DNA from: Octopus sinensis | Lineage: Eukaryota | DNA length: 64,000 nt | Assembly (NCBI RefSeq): GCF_006345805.1 | Contig: NC_042997.1 | Span: 112,964,001-113,028,000 of the forward strand | Reading direction: 5' to 3' | Shown: piece after piece, positions 1 to 11,479 of the stretch | Numbering within the stretch: position 1 is the first letter of the stretch | Layout: each line of letters starts with the position of its first letter | The notes under the pieces: generated by a model | The model's database searches: none | The model's input: only the letters and a program-made list of their open reading frames with translations | What the model was told of the DNA's origin: nothing | Program-made: the position numbers and the translations under genes

Positions 1-299
1 CATGATCTTTACCAGCGTCACCCTACTGGCACTTGTGCTGGTGTGCAGGTGGCACGTAAAAAACACCATTTGGGCCTGGCTGCTGCCAGTACCGCCTGAC
101 TGGCCCTCATCTTGGTGGCACGTAAATGCACCCACTACACTCTCAGAGTGGTTGGCATTAGGAAGGGCATCCAGCTGTAGAAACTCTGCCAGATCAAGAT
201 TGGCTCCTGGTGCAGCCATCTGGTTCGCCAGGCCTCAGTCGAATAGTCCAACCCATGCTAGCATGGAAAGCGGACGTTAAACGATGATGATGATGATGA
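1..299 (+). mobile_element. SINE family A (ggttggcgttaggaagggcatccagc core, (GAT)n tail)
   Basis: Conserved block repeated more than 15 times in the window. Confidence 0.8.
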
Positions 300-364
300 T
301 AACATGGCAGTCCTGGTTTACAGCAACATTCATCCTAAACCAGGACTGCCATGTTATGTTGGCT

Positions 365-442
365 AATGGGTATCTTTTAATGAAAATTCAGTTTACCTAC
401 ACTACTTTACCCAACCTCGACTTTGTTTCCTCATAACTTCCA
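365..442. repeat. Left arm of a perfect 78-bp inverted repeat (partner 2250-2327)
   Basis: aatgggtatc...cataacttcca is the exact reverse complement of 2250-2327. Confidence 0.9.
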
Positions 443-770
443 AAATGTTTTATGTTATTTGAAAGAGAATTTTTTGCTCTACAAGATAGTGTGCTTTGAT
501 TTTAAAAAATTTTATTGATTCTTGTGTATTTTCAGGCCATTAAAATGGAATGTCAAGTGGGCATTTTCGACACCATTTGCTTTTTGCAGTTAATCAAGGT
601 ATTACACTCACTGAAGCTGCTCATGAGATTTGTGCTGTGTATGGAGAAGGAGCAATGCCTCATAGTACTGTCTGCCATTGGTTTCCATGCTTCAAAAATG
701 AGAATTTTAGCCTCAAGGCCAGATCACACACCGGTCAGCCAATTGAGTTCAATGAACCTTGCCCATTGAG
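443..770 (+). mobile_element. Mariner 5' fragment (HTH region), decayed
   Basis: HFRHHLLFAVNQG...EAAHEICAVYGEGA...CHWF..FKNENFSL...G(R)P motif of mariner transposases. Confidence 0.75.
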
Positions 771-809
771 TGAAGGTGGTTCACCATAGTTTTTTTTATC
801 ACAATCCAT

Positions 810-1192
810 CTGCTCCACCAATTCTCTGATCATTTGACATGAATTTTTGTGAAGTTGATCCAATGGATCTTCATCGAACTCAATTGGTTGACTGGCGTGT
901 GATCTATCCATGAGGTCAAAATTCCCATTTTTGAAGCACGAAAACCAACAGCAGGCAGAACTTTGAGGTATTGCTCTTTCTCCATAAACAGCACAAATCT
1001 CGTGAGCAACTTTGGCAGACTTAACACCTCAATTAAATGTGAAAAGAAAATGGTGTTGAAAATGCTCAGGTTTGTCCACTTGACATTCCATTTTAATGAT
1101 CTGAAAAAAAAAAAAAAAAAAAAAAAAGCAAAAATCAAAACACACTATTTTGGAGAGCAAAACATTCATTTTCAAATAACATAAAACATTTT
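810..1192 (-). mobile_element. Mariner 5' fragment, inverted relative to 443-770
   Basis: Same family on the minus strand (MECQVDKPEHFQHHFLF...), diverged from the + copy. Confidence 0.75.
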
Positions 1193-1339
1193 GCCATTGC
1201 ATTTTATTTCTGTATGCATTTTTAAATTTGAGAAAAAAAAACACTCATGAATTATTCCTCAACCCAATATACACACATATTTTACATGAAGCAGGATTAA
1301 AAAGATATCCAGCAATTTCAATGAAAAGAAATATAGTTT

Positions 1340-1622
1340 TCGCTTTTGGATTGCAAGATTCTTTATATGAGTTCGTGTGTTGAAGCATATTCTGTTGTGT
1401 CTGGGGAGAGTCATTTTCTTTTTGTGTCTTATAATTTAACAGACTCACCTGTAAAATTTCCACTTTTTTTTCTTCTTATTTTTATTGTCCTAAAATTTTC
1501 GTTGCATCTTGCAACCTTTTCAATAGTTTTGAAGAATAAAAATAAGAAAAAAAAAGTGGAAATTTTACCATTGAGTATATTACATAAGGCACAAAAAGAA
1601 AATTATTCTCCCCAGACACAAC
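1340..1622. mobile_element. Fold-back (asymmetric inverted) insert with 12-bp TSD, Penelope-pLTR-like
   Basis: TSD gaaatatagttt at 1328-1339 and 1623-1634; empty site present in the paralogous intron near 33880; inner arms tgtgtctggggaga / tctccccagacaca. Confidence 0.75.
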
Positions 1623-1661
1623 GAAATATAGTTTATTTAAAGCAACGAGAAGAATACAAAC

Positions 1662-1827
1662 CTGTAATAAATAGCACCACCGTAACAACGTCAGCGATAA
1701 TCCACAACAACCATAGTTTGTTGATGTATGTAGACAAATAAACATCTAGAAATCCCATCTGAATGATCAGCAAAATGATGCACAAAATACGCAATGGTAT
1801 GGTGAAGAGTTTCTCACAAAAACCCAT
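1662..1827 (-). CDS. Paralogous copy of TMEM121-like coding exon 1 (second gene continuing out of the window, or an orphan exon/pseudogene)
   Basis: 160/166 nt identical to 33685-33850, with intact ATG, upstream acceptor (exon start 1870) and donor ACAG|gtttgt. Flanking intron homology covers about 1268-1923. Confidence 0.7.
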
Positions 1828-2249
1828 TTTTGGAGAAGTGGTGTTGGATTTTCAAGCAAGGAAATACAAACTGAAAACAAATGATATTAAATCGAAGTGT
1901 AATTAAGCAATTGAATTAATATACTGTACAATTCTTTACTGAACATATTTCATGATTGGATAAACATTACAGACTTGTTTAATATTCAATAGGAAAACAG
2001 CAAGACACTAAACATAAGAAGAAGGAAACCTAGTTTGAAATAGTGCAAGCTTATGTGATGATCTTTGTGGCCAACCGATAAGAGTACCCAAAGTTTCTGT
2101 GTTCAGCATACCTACACGACTGTACCCACCACCGACTTGGTTTCCTCATAACCTCCAGAAAAACGACTATTTTTTAATGAAATTTTCTACATATACACTT
2201 CAGATGGTGTAGATTACTGTTATATCAGAATTTGTTGTGAAAATTTTTC

Positions 2250-2327
2250 TGGAAGTTATGAGGAAACAAAGTCGAGGTTGGGTAAAGTAGTGTAGGTAAA
2301 CTGAATTTTCATTAAAAGATACCCATT
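2250..2327. repeat. Right arm of a perfect 78-bp inverted repeat (partner 365-442)
   Basis: Exact reverse complement of 365-442. Confidence 0.9.
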
Positions 2328-2481
2328 TTCCTGAAAATTATGAGGAAAAAAAGTTGGCTCAGATGAATTTTCAGAAACTCTTCTCCCTGTTAAAAAGTAA
2401 CCATTTTTTTAAAAAATTATGATGGAAAAAGTTTGGAGTGGGGGGATCACTTCTATAAGAAAGCCATGTATATATATATAT

Positions 2482-3005
2482 CATCATCATTTAGCATCCG
2501 TTTTCCATGCTAGCATGGGTTGGACGGTTCAACTGGGGTCTGTGAAGCCAGAAGGCTGCATCAGGCCCAGTCTGATCTGGCAGTGTTTCTACGGCTGGAT
2601 GCCCTTCCTAACGCCAACCACTCCGCAAGTGTAGTGGGTGCTTTTTACGTGCCACCCGCACAGGAGACAGACGGAGCTGGCAAACGGCCACAAACGGATG
2701 GTGCTTTTATGTGCCACCGGCTGGCACGGGGGCCAGGCCAGGCTGGCAACGGACACGAACGGATGGTGCTTTTACGTGCCACCGGCACGGAGGCCAGTCG
2801 GGGCAGCGCTGGCAACGGCCACGAATGGTTGGTGCTTTTTACGTGCCACCGGCACAGGGGCCAGGCGATACTGGCAATGGCAACAAACGGACGGTGCTTT
2901 TTACGTGCCACCGGCACGGGGGCCAGGCGAGGCTGGCAACGGCCACGAACGGATGCTGCTTTTTACGTGCCATCCGTTCGTGGCCGTTGCCAGCCTCGCC
3001 TGGCA
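2482..3005 (-). mobile_element. SINE family A with internal tandem array
   Basis: Conserved core plus about 7 units of ggtgcttttacgtgccaccggcacg. Confidence 0.8.
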
Positions 3006-3164
3006 TTATATATACACACACGCAAGCCTATCTATTTTTCTATCTATATATATATATATATATATATAATGGGAAGGTTTACGAAAATAAACAAAAGACG
3101 AAGGCAGGTGGAGTACAAACAAACAATGTATTAGTATGGCGCTCAGGAATAGAAATAAAACAAG

Positions 3165-3202
3165 TCTTTTACATTTCGAGCCTACGCTCTTCGACAGAAA
3201 GA
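3165..3202 (-). ncRNA. Hammerhead-like motif in a Penelope-like repeat (repeat spans about 3070-3240)
   Basis: Minus strand tcttt-CTGTCGA-a-GAGC-gtag-GCTC-GAAATGTA-aaaga; non-canonical core; related decayed copy at about 38011-38047 on +. Confidence 0.35.
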
Positions 3203-3630
3203 TACACAGAAACAAGGAGAGAAAAAATTGCGTGTAGGGGCTAATGGTGTGTGTGTGTGTGTGTGGAGATCTTTTGCAGAAAATATATCAAAAGTGAAAG
3301 TATTCAACAATTTACGTAAGAATTTTTAGGCGATTCAGTAGAATTTCAGTTAAAAAATTCTGACTGTACACATCTTAAACTCTGAATAAGAAAATGTTCG
3401 AAAGAGAGTAAAACTTTCAGGATTTATTGTGGGGTGGGATGGGGTTAAGAATTAAAAAAAAATTTTTTTCATAATCATATGAATTCCCATGTGTAGAACA
3501 CAAGTTCGCAAAATCTTCTGAACATTCCAAAAAATAAAAAAAAATTATGAGGTCCTTAAACCAGAATTCCGCTCAGTTTTTATATATATTACTTACATAA
3601 TCAGATTTATTATTGCTTATATATATATAT

Positions 3631-4214
3631 CATCATCATTGTTCAACTGTGGTCGAGACAATGGAATTTGCTATGTTACGCCAGACTTCACAGTCCATCA
3701 TAGCATTACGGAGGTCCTGTTGCTGGATGCCTCTATCCCTGGAGATTACATCAGGGTAGGAGAGTGTGCACCCTCTGGTATCGCTCTTAAATATGGTTTC
3801 TGATTACAAATATCTTGGGTCATACATATCATCATCTGAAAAAGATTTTCTAATTAGAAAGGGTATGACCTGGTCAGCCTGTAATGATATGCATAAGATC
3901 TGGTCATCAAATCTAAGAAGAGATTTCAAACTTAAAATCTTCAAAGCCACAGTCAAACCAATTCTACTATATGGGTCAGAAACCTGGACATTATCAAAGA
4001 AGCTTGAGAGGCGGTTGGATGAAACTTACACTCGCCTCCTTATGAGACCTCAAAATCTCTTGTGGAAGCGTCATCCAACCAAAGTACAAATATATGGGAA
4101 ATTACCACCTGTATCATCTCTTGTGAAAGGTAGAAGAGTCCAATTTGCTGGACATTGTTGTAGAGCTGAAAACGAAGTAATATCAACTCTTCTCCAATGG
4201 AAGCCATCTGCTCG

Positions 4215-4219
<5 letters not shown>
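3631..4219 (-). mobile_element. RTE-like LINE 3' fragment with a twin-priming inversion
   Basis: 3785-4219 encodes YKYLGS...LLYGSETW...FAGHC...WKPSARD on +; 3631-3784 encodes its continuation (RDTRG..YPDVISRD..WRN) on - with a (tga)n tail; flanked by (TA)n. Confidence 0.8.
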
Positions 4220-4251
<32 letters not shown>

Positions 4252-4802
4252 CAATAATAAATCTCTGAACGAGAAGTAAACAGTAGAAGCACCACCAATG
4301 TTTCCTGCATAAATGTCAGCTTGGAGATATTCATCACGATGAAAACATTCACGAAGAAATTTAACTTTCACTTTCGGTTTTATATTAACTCTCACTTAAC
4401 AATGTCACATACATGGCTCCGTACACACCTGCAATTTTAAAATACAGGCACACATGCATGCATCAACCGGTCCATTCATCCAGTCATCACAGTATCACAG
4501 TTTTGACCAGACTATAGCACGTTGTTATACATCACTGGTCACAATATGCTTTGCATTGTTTTTTAGCTTTCAAATGATGCCCTCCCCCCACTGGTTGGAT
4601 AAGTAGGCCAGCCTATATACCCCCCCCACCTCGATCGGAAGACTAGTCCATTGCAGGGTGGCCCATTTACAGGTGAGTGGACTGGACAACGTGAAATGAA
4701 GTGTTTTGCTCAAGAACACAACACACTGCCCAGTCCAGCAATCAAACACATTATCTAGCTATCGTGAGTGCAAAAACCTTAACCAATGGGCCACGTACCT
4801 GC

Positions 4803-4835
<33 letters not shown>

Positions 4836-5272
4836 TGCACATGTGACATTCCGTCGGTTATGATGACGAGGGTTCCAGTTGATCCGATCAACGGAACAGC
4901 CAGCTCGTAAAATTAACGTGCAAGTGGCTGAGCATTCCACAGACACATGTACCCTTAACGTAGTTCTTGGGGAGATTCAGCATGACACAGAGTGTGACAA
5001 GGCAGGCCCCTTTGATATACGGATACAACAGAAACAGGAGGAAAGAGTGAGAGAAAGTTGTGGTGAAAGAGTACAGCAGGGTTCACCACCACCCACTGTC
5101 AGGGTATTGTGGAGATTTAAGTGTTTTCATTCAATAAACATTCACAACGCCCGAAACCGTGATCCCACAACTGCGAATCCGCTTCTCTAACCACTGGGCC
5201 ATTGCGCCTCCACACACACACATACGCGCACGCGTCGTATAAATTTCTGAAATAGAATTTAAATGTAATTAC

Positions 5273-5536
5273 AGCGTGGAAGGGTGCTTATAAGCCATTA
5301 AAAATCAAAAAACACGAAGAACTTTTAGATTCACTTCAACATTTAAATTTAATTCGTGTCAAAATATTTTTGTCGCTTTGAAACCGCGACCTGTTTTGTT
5401 CATTGACAAAATTTCGTGCTACATCAGTGAACAGGTCGCGGTTTCAAAGCGACAAAAATATTTTGACACAAATTAAATTTAAATGTTGAAGTGAATCTAA
5501 CGGTTCTTTGTGTGTTTTTTAATGGCTTATAAACAC
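5273..5536. mobile_element. Fold-back repeat (about 110-bp inverted arms), Penelope-pLTR-like; single-arm copy at about 56005-56145
   Basis: ttagattcacttcaacatttaaatttaatt...gtcgctttgaaaccgcgacctgtt followed by its reverse complement. Confidence 0.65.
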
Positions 5537-6633
5537 TGAAATTGATTTTGTTTCAGTGCACGATCTCAGATCAAGTCATTTCCTATGCAAGTACATTTCC
5601 ATATTATAAAAATATAGTTCACTAAAAATTTCTCGTTTTAAAAGCAATATTTTTTTTTTCTGTCATTACTTTTTCATAAGTTTAAAGACATGAAAATACT
5701 TAACGAAATCGATAAAGACCAATAAAAATTCTGTCAAATTGATAATATAGTCCGAATATGAAATGTGTAGTAGTATTAATTGCTACATCTATATTTAGGG
5801 GGATAGCAGTGGGTTATTAGTTTCAGTTTGCTTATAATTCAGCACCCTTAATGCTCAAAATCATTTCAGGTGTTTATTGACCCCTTGGATAGCCACATAG
5901 ACCTGGCAAGGGTCAACACAGACCATTTTGCCAATCCGTTGTTTAGAAGTACATAGTGGATATTTTTTATATATATATCAGAGATTGAATATTCCCTTAC
6001 AGACATCAAACATTCTAGACAGCACTGAAAAAAAAATATTTAAATTGCCTAAATGGCATAAATATGTCTATCGAAACTATGTCTTTTATGCCTTAAAAAA
6101 AAAGGGCTCTGATTGACAAACCTTTGTTGAATAAATAAAATGTAAAATGCAGAGTATCACCATTTCAAAGGTTCCAGTTGTAAATAAGGAAGCTGATTTA
6201 CATTTCGTCATTATGTCACGATTTTCTAAAACCATCGCTGCTTACATTACTCCACTAACCATTGACTTGTAAGATACACCACAAGATGCCAAAAAATTCA
6301 CAAATAATTATATTTTTTAGTTACAATTTTCATGTTTCGTGCAAACAAATAATTTTAAGTCAACATCACAAACACAACTCTGGTAATATCTTACACACGG
6401 TATATAATAAATCCCTCGTAACTCTTGAATTTTTGCGAATTTATGTTCTACATACAGGAAATCATACGAGTATGCAAAAACAAATTGGTGATTTAAGGGG
6501 TATCTAGCTGTTATTTTTAGCACATCTCACTACCTCCTCTTACCGTCCTCGTTTCTCACTATGACAATATTTTTCTATTGCTAGGATTTAGGCAGAAAAA
6601 TCAGACTGTCCGTATTTTGTATACAATAATTTC

Positions 6634-6673
<40 letters not shown>

Positions 6674-8010
6674 TAAACTGTGATTTTAAATAATTCGAAA
6701 AATTAAAATACAAAATTAAGAACTCGACTTTCGCGTGTCAAGCTAACTTTGGCTTGTGGATTCTGTAACATTTAACTCCAACTAATTAAGAAACCCCGAC
6801 TTGTGGACCAGTTAAACCCTTTTAAATCGCACTTTAATTGTTCATTTCTGCTACAATTAATTGTTTATAAATGAATGTTTAGTTAATTAATGTGTAATGG
6901 GTCATGTTAGGGTTGCAGTTTCGAAATAGCTATTTGTAAACTGTCCGATTGTTAACAAATTCCATCTCAATATATATGAAACTTGTAATTAAGCAAAGGA
7001 TGCCAATTAAGTTTAGTCAATTTTTATCATAGCATCTGTCCGCAGACTGTGATCGGCAGACTTTCAGAAAAGCTGTCACTACCTTATGGAGAAGGAATTT
7101 CCTGTCCAAAAAATGTCATCTTTTACTTTTATAGCGCCGATTTCTTTCCCTTTCCCGGTAAAACTATTATTATATCCATCTCATGAGACTGGTGTAATAA
7201 AATAACAAACAACCCTAAGTTCTAGGCGCGATGTAGAGAGTTTAAGCTGTTCGTAATTAAAGCAATTAATTATGTAGCTTTCAGTTTGTAAATAAAACGA
7301 GGATTATATTTATATAAGATTAAACTTCGTCAGTTGTTCATGTTTATAAGAAAAGGACAAGTTATTTCGTTATGGTAGTGGAACAATGGAAGTATTTTCA
7401 CGATTATTAAGGACTACGTACCTCTTTACAATATAAGCAATGGTAGTTGAGTAGCGAGGTGTTTTATATAAAACATTCAGGGTATTTGTAACACCCGCAG
7501 TCGATGGTTGGTGTCGGCAGTTTTGATAAATAGCAGAACTTGTAGGAGGAAATTATGGAAGGTGATTCGAGCTTTGATGGGTGGAGTCGAGAAAGAACTA
7601 CATTAGTGTCGGAGGAAGCAGGGCTTCGTTCAGATTTGGTTATGGACTCGAATATTCTGGGAAGACTTGGGTTTTATCCGGAATTGCTAGGTGACAAAAG
7701 AATTTGATATGTAATCGATCAAATAGAATGCAGTTTATTTAGACAAGAATTACGAACGTTTTAAAGTTCACAACACCATGAAAACAACCATAAAACAGAA
7801 TTTGTATTTTAATAAAAAAAAAGGAGGGGCATAAACCCCTAAACAAAATAACAAACTGCACAGAGCCTAAAACCAGACAGTGAGCTGCACACCTAACCCC
7901 AAAACAAAGGAGCATAAATGAAGACAGCAAAGGGCACAGATTAATAAAATAAACTGTAGAAACATCAAAACAAACAGAAGTCTGAAAAGAACTAAATAAA
8001 ATGCTTCAAA

Positions 8011-8194
8011 TATTGGCACTACTTAAATACAGAGGCCCCGATGCGTCTACGTAACGATATGAAGGGGAGGATTAAGGTTAGGGCTAGTTTTAGGGTTGAG
8101 GTCTACACAGCGCACATTTAAAATGTTTTGTATGTAACACCTGTATTTAAGTAGCACCGTTAAGGGACCTCAGTATTTAAGTAGGTGCGAAATA
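8011..8194. mobile_element. Short MITE with imperfect TIRs
   Basis: gcactacttaaatacagagg / cctcagtatttaagtaggtgc; internal ttaggg-like repeats. Confidence 0.55.
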
Positions 8195-8254
8195 TTTACA
8201 TGTTGCATTTTGTACAAAAACATAAAACTGTTTATTTTTTTAATGAATTTGTGT

Positions 8255-8530
8255 TGTAAGATTCCTGATGCGAAACCGTGTGTTAAAACAGATATTGTTG
8301 TATTTCGGTATGGTTACTTTCTTCTTCCTTTTTTTGCCAAATAAACACACGTACTACATATTTGTTCTTCGCTCGTTTATTATACTTCTTATTCTAATTC
8401 GTGTCCAATGTCCAGAAATCTTTCGTCACACATCTGTGCACTGTAATAAACGAGTGAAGAACGAATGAGAAGTGCGTGTGTTATTCAGCAAAAAGAAAAA
8501 AACAAATGACCGTCCCGAAATACAATATTT
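8255..8530. mobile_element. Fold-back repeat, Penelope-pLTR-like; related copy at about 63770-63895
   Basis: Partial inverted arm aataaacgagtgaagaac...ccgaaatacaa mirrors 8295-8385. Confidence 0.55.
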
Positions 8531-8789
8531 AAAAAATATTTGTGAAACTCTCGTCCAACTTAGTTCATGTCTATGAAAATATTGGTTTCAAATTTTGGCA
8601 CAAGGCCAGCAATTTCGGGGGAGAAGCTAAATCGATTACATCGATCCCAGTGCTAATCGGCAACTTATTTTATCCGATACAAAAAGATGAAAGACAAAGT
8701 CAACCCCCACCTACCCACCAAAAAAAGAAAGAAAGAAAGAAGGTACTTCATTGGATCGCAGATTCTATCACACAACTTGATCTGACTGA

Positions 8790-9020
8790 CCTATTTCTTT
8801 ATTACCCATAAGGGGCTAAACATAGAAGGGACAAACAAGGACAGACATAGGTATTAAGTCGATTACATCGACCCCAGTGCGTAACTGGTACTTAATTTAT
8901 CGACCCCGAAAGGATGAAAGGTAAAGTCGACCTCGGCGGAATTTGAACTCACAACGTAACGGCAGACGAAATACGGCTAAGCATTTCGCCCGACGTGCTA
9001 ACGTTTCTGCCAGCTCGCCG
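8790..9020 (-). mobile_element. SINE family C, CpG-intact
   Basis: Homology to 13825-14057. Confidence 0.8.
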
Positions 9021-9535
9021 ATTCACACACACGCATGCGCCTTTGATAACCTTTTTTTTTTTAATAATAAACTTATCTGTTAAGCTTATGAAGTTCATAG
9101 ATAATCGCACTTGTTATTTTATATTCATTGTATAATTCTTTTGTCATTGTTTAGTCAAAGGAAAACAGATAACTTACATGGTTATTATCTGAGCTTCTAA
9201 AACTGGAAAGAGGCTGGCTGGAATTTTTTCTGGAACTGGAGAATTGGCCTAAATATTTACTACTTGATTAGTTAAGTGGATTAAGTATATAAACAGATTA
9301 CAAACATGACTTTCATATGACAAATAACATTGGCAGTAAACTTTTGCTTTTCTGAGTAATATCAGGAAATCTGGTAGACATGCAATGGTTTAAATTCTAT
9401 TAAATTCTTTTGTGCTCATTACTAATTGGTGAAATCACTCCAAGAGTATAATTGGTGATTTTACATGACACCAGCATAGATGCCATCTAAAGGGTACTCC
9501 TAAAGTCTTGTTAACCCCTACTGAAAAATATTAAG

Positions 9536-9890
9536 AATAAAAGCACTCAGAGAGTGCAAATCTCTGCCAATGCAACACCAATGTGCTCTCAACGATTAGG
9601 CAGAGATGGTTTTTAAAATGAGAATTTCTGAAATAAACTCGACTGCTCTCACAAACGAGAATACTAAAAATGAAGTCTGACTGCTCTCAAAAATTAAGTT
9701 AAAAAAAGCAGGAAGAATAATCCAGAATCCTTGTCTGGTACTGGATTGATCACAAAATCTAAGCAGTTTGTGCCAATCACATGGTCAAACATCCCTAAAA
9801 GTTTCATCCAAATCCATCCAGCGGTTCTTCAGATATCTTGTCCATGGACAAACAAACATACTAACAAATGCAACTGAAAACAATACTTTG
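9536..9890 (+). mobile_element. Non-autonomous Helentron/HINE-like repeat, family 2
   Basis: Reverse-complement homology to 36625-36980; 3' acaaac repeats then aaaacaatac. Confidence 0.5.
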
Positions 9891-10047
9891 CTAATGTTTT
9901 ATGAATACAAGGAATAGTTTTATTCATCAAAGTATGCACCCATATTATGAATACACTTTTGCCATTTCAGCAGCAGCTTGTCCAGCCCAGAACTATAAAA
10001 GCCTGGCAATCTAGAGTCAATAAAATCTTGGAAGGCCTGTTTTACAG

Positions 10048-10460
10048 CATCATCATCATCATCATCGTTTAACATCGGCTTTCCATGCTAGCATGGGTTT
10101 GACAATATTGACTGAGGGCGGGTGAACCAGATGGCTGCACCAGGCTTCAATCTTGATCTGGCAGAGTTTCTACAGCTGGATGCTCTTCCTAATGCCAACC
10201 ACTCCGAGAGTGTTGTGGGTGCTTTTTACATGCCACGGGCATGGGGGCCAGTCAGGCGGTACTGGCAATGACCTCACTCGAATCTTTTTACACATGATCA
10301 CGCTTGAATGGTGCCCTTTTACGTGCCACTGGTACAGAAGCCAGTTGGCTGCTCTGGCAACGATCACGCTCAGATGGTGCTCTTGGCACCCTACTAGCAC
10401 GGGCACAAGTGCCAGTAAGGCGATACTGGTAATGATCACACTCAAATGGTGCCCTTTTAT
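10048..10460 (-). mobile_element. SINE family A
   Basis: Conserved core and tail. Confidence 0.8.
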
Positions 10461-10464
10461 CATC

Positions 10465-10760
10465 GGAATTAAATTTTTTCTTATCAAAACGTTATCCAAA
10501 TTCTGGAAGTAGTAGTAGTCAGCAGGGCAGCTTGTCACAAACTGAAGAAGGTCTGGAACTCCAAATTGCCCAGGCAAACCAAAACCATGCTGTTCATTGC
10601 AAGTGTCGAACCAGTGCTCTTATATGGGAGTGAAATTTGAACACTAATATCAAATAGGCTAAATAGATGTTACACAAGGATGCAACAAATGGCCCTAAAT
10701 GTAAAATGGCAGCAACATATGACAAATGAATGCCTTTATGGAGTCCAGGCAGTTAAGTAA
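10465..10760 (+). mobile_element. RTE-like LINE fragment
   Basis: VEPVLLYGSE..., CYTRM..MALNVKWQQHMTNE remnants. Confidence 0.55.
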
Positions 10761-11479
10761 TCCATTACCATAGCACGGAATGCATTGACGAAGGAAAGTT
10801 CATTATTGTTTGGTGATCCACAATTCCAATGTTATCTAAAGAAGAATGGGATCTTAAGTGTGTCATAGAAGTTTTGAAGGTCATGGTCTCACACCAAAAC
10901 CATCTAATGATGACTCTGTTCAGAAGGCTGTAATATGTCATTCGATAAAGAAACACAATACAAGGAATTCATAGAACAAAGCTGTAACTTTAAATACTTT
11001 TACTCTTGGTCTCAGATTTATACAAGTTGAATGATAATGGAAAGAGTTCATAAGTGAAGGGCCATGTTCATCTTCTGTGTACCACTTCACGCCTGCTAGC
11101 TGTCTGTGTTTGTGTGAGAGCCAGCTAGGTCATGTCTTTACAGTCTGGCATCTTGATGAGAAAGAGGGAGTGCGAGGGCTTAGTGTCTGAACCTTAGCAC
11201 TGTGTGTGCCCTCTGGTGGCCTGCTAATTTAGGCAGCCACCATCAGGGGAGATAACTGTGCCTACAGAAGCATAATAAAAATAAACGAATGGCTTATCTG
11301 ATACTGTTACAGTTGTGTTATTAAGAGTCTTTATTGTGATGTAAACGGGGCACAGCCAGGTATGCTTATATGTGCAACATCCATAAAAATATGTTATGTA
11401 ACTCTCAACACATCAGGTTTACCAAATATTCAAGCAAGCAGTGACATGCCGATGAATCAGCAGTTTATCAACAAGTGAA

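Noticed and set aside
2419-3244. Overlapping 140-200 aa ORFs
   Set aside because: Derived from the SINE family A tandem array
8070-8100. Telomere-like ttaggg repeats
   Set aside because: Only a few degenerate units inside a MITE
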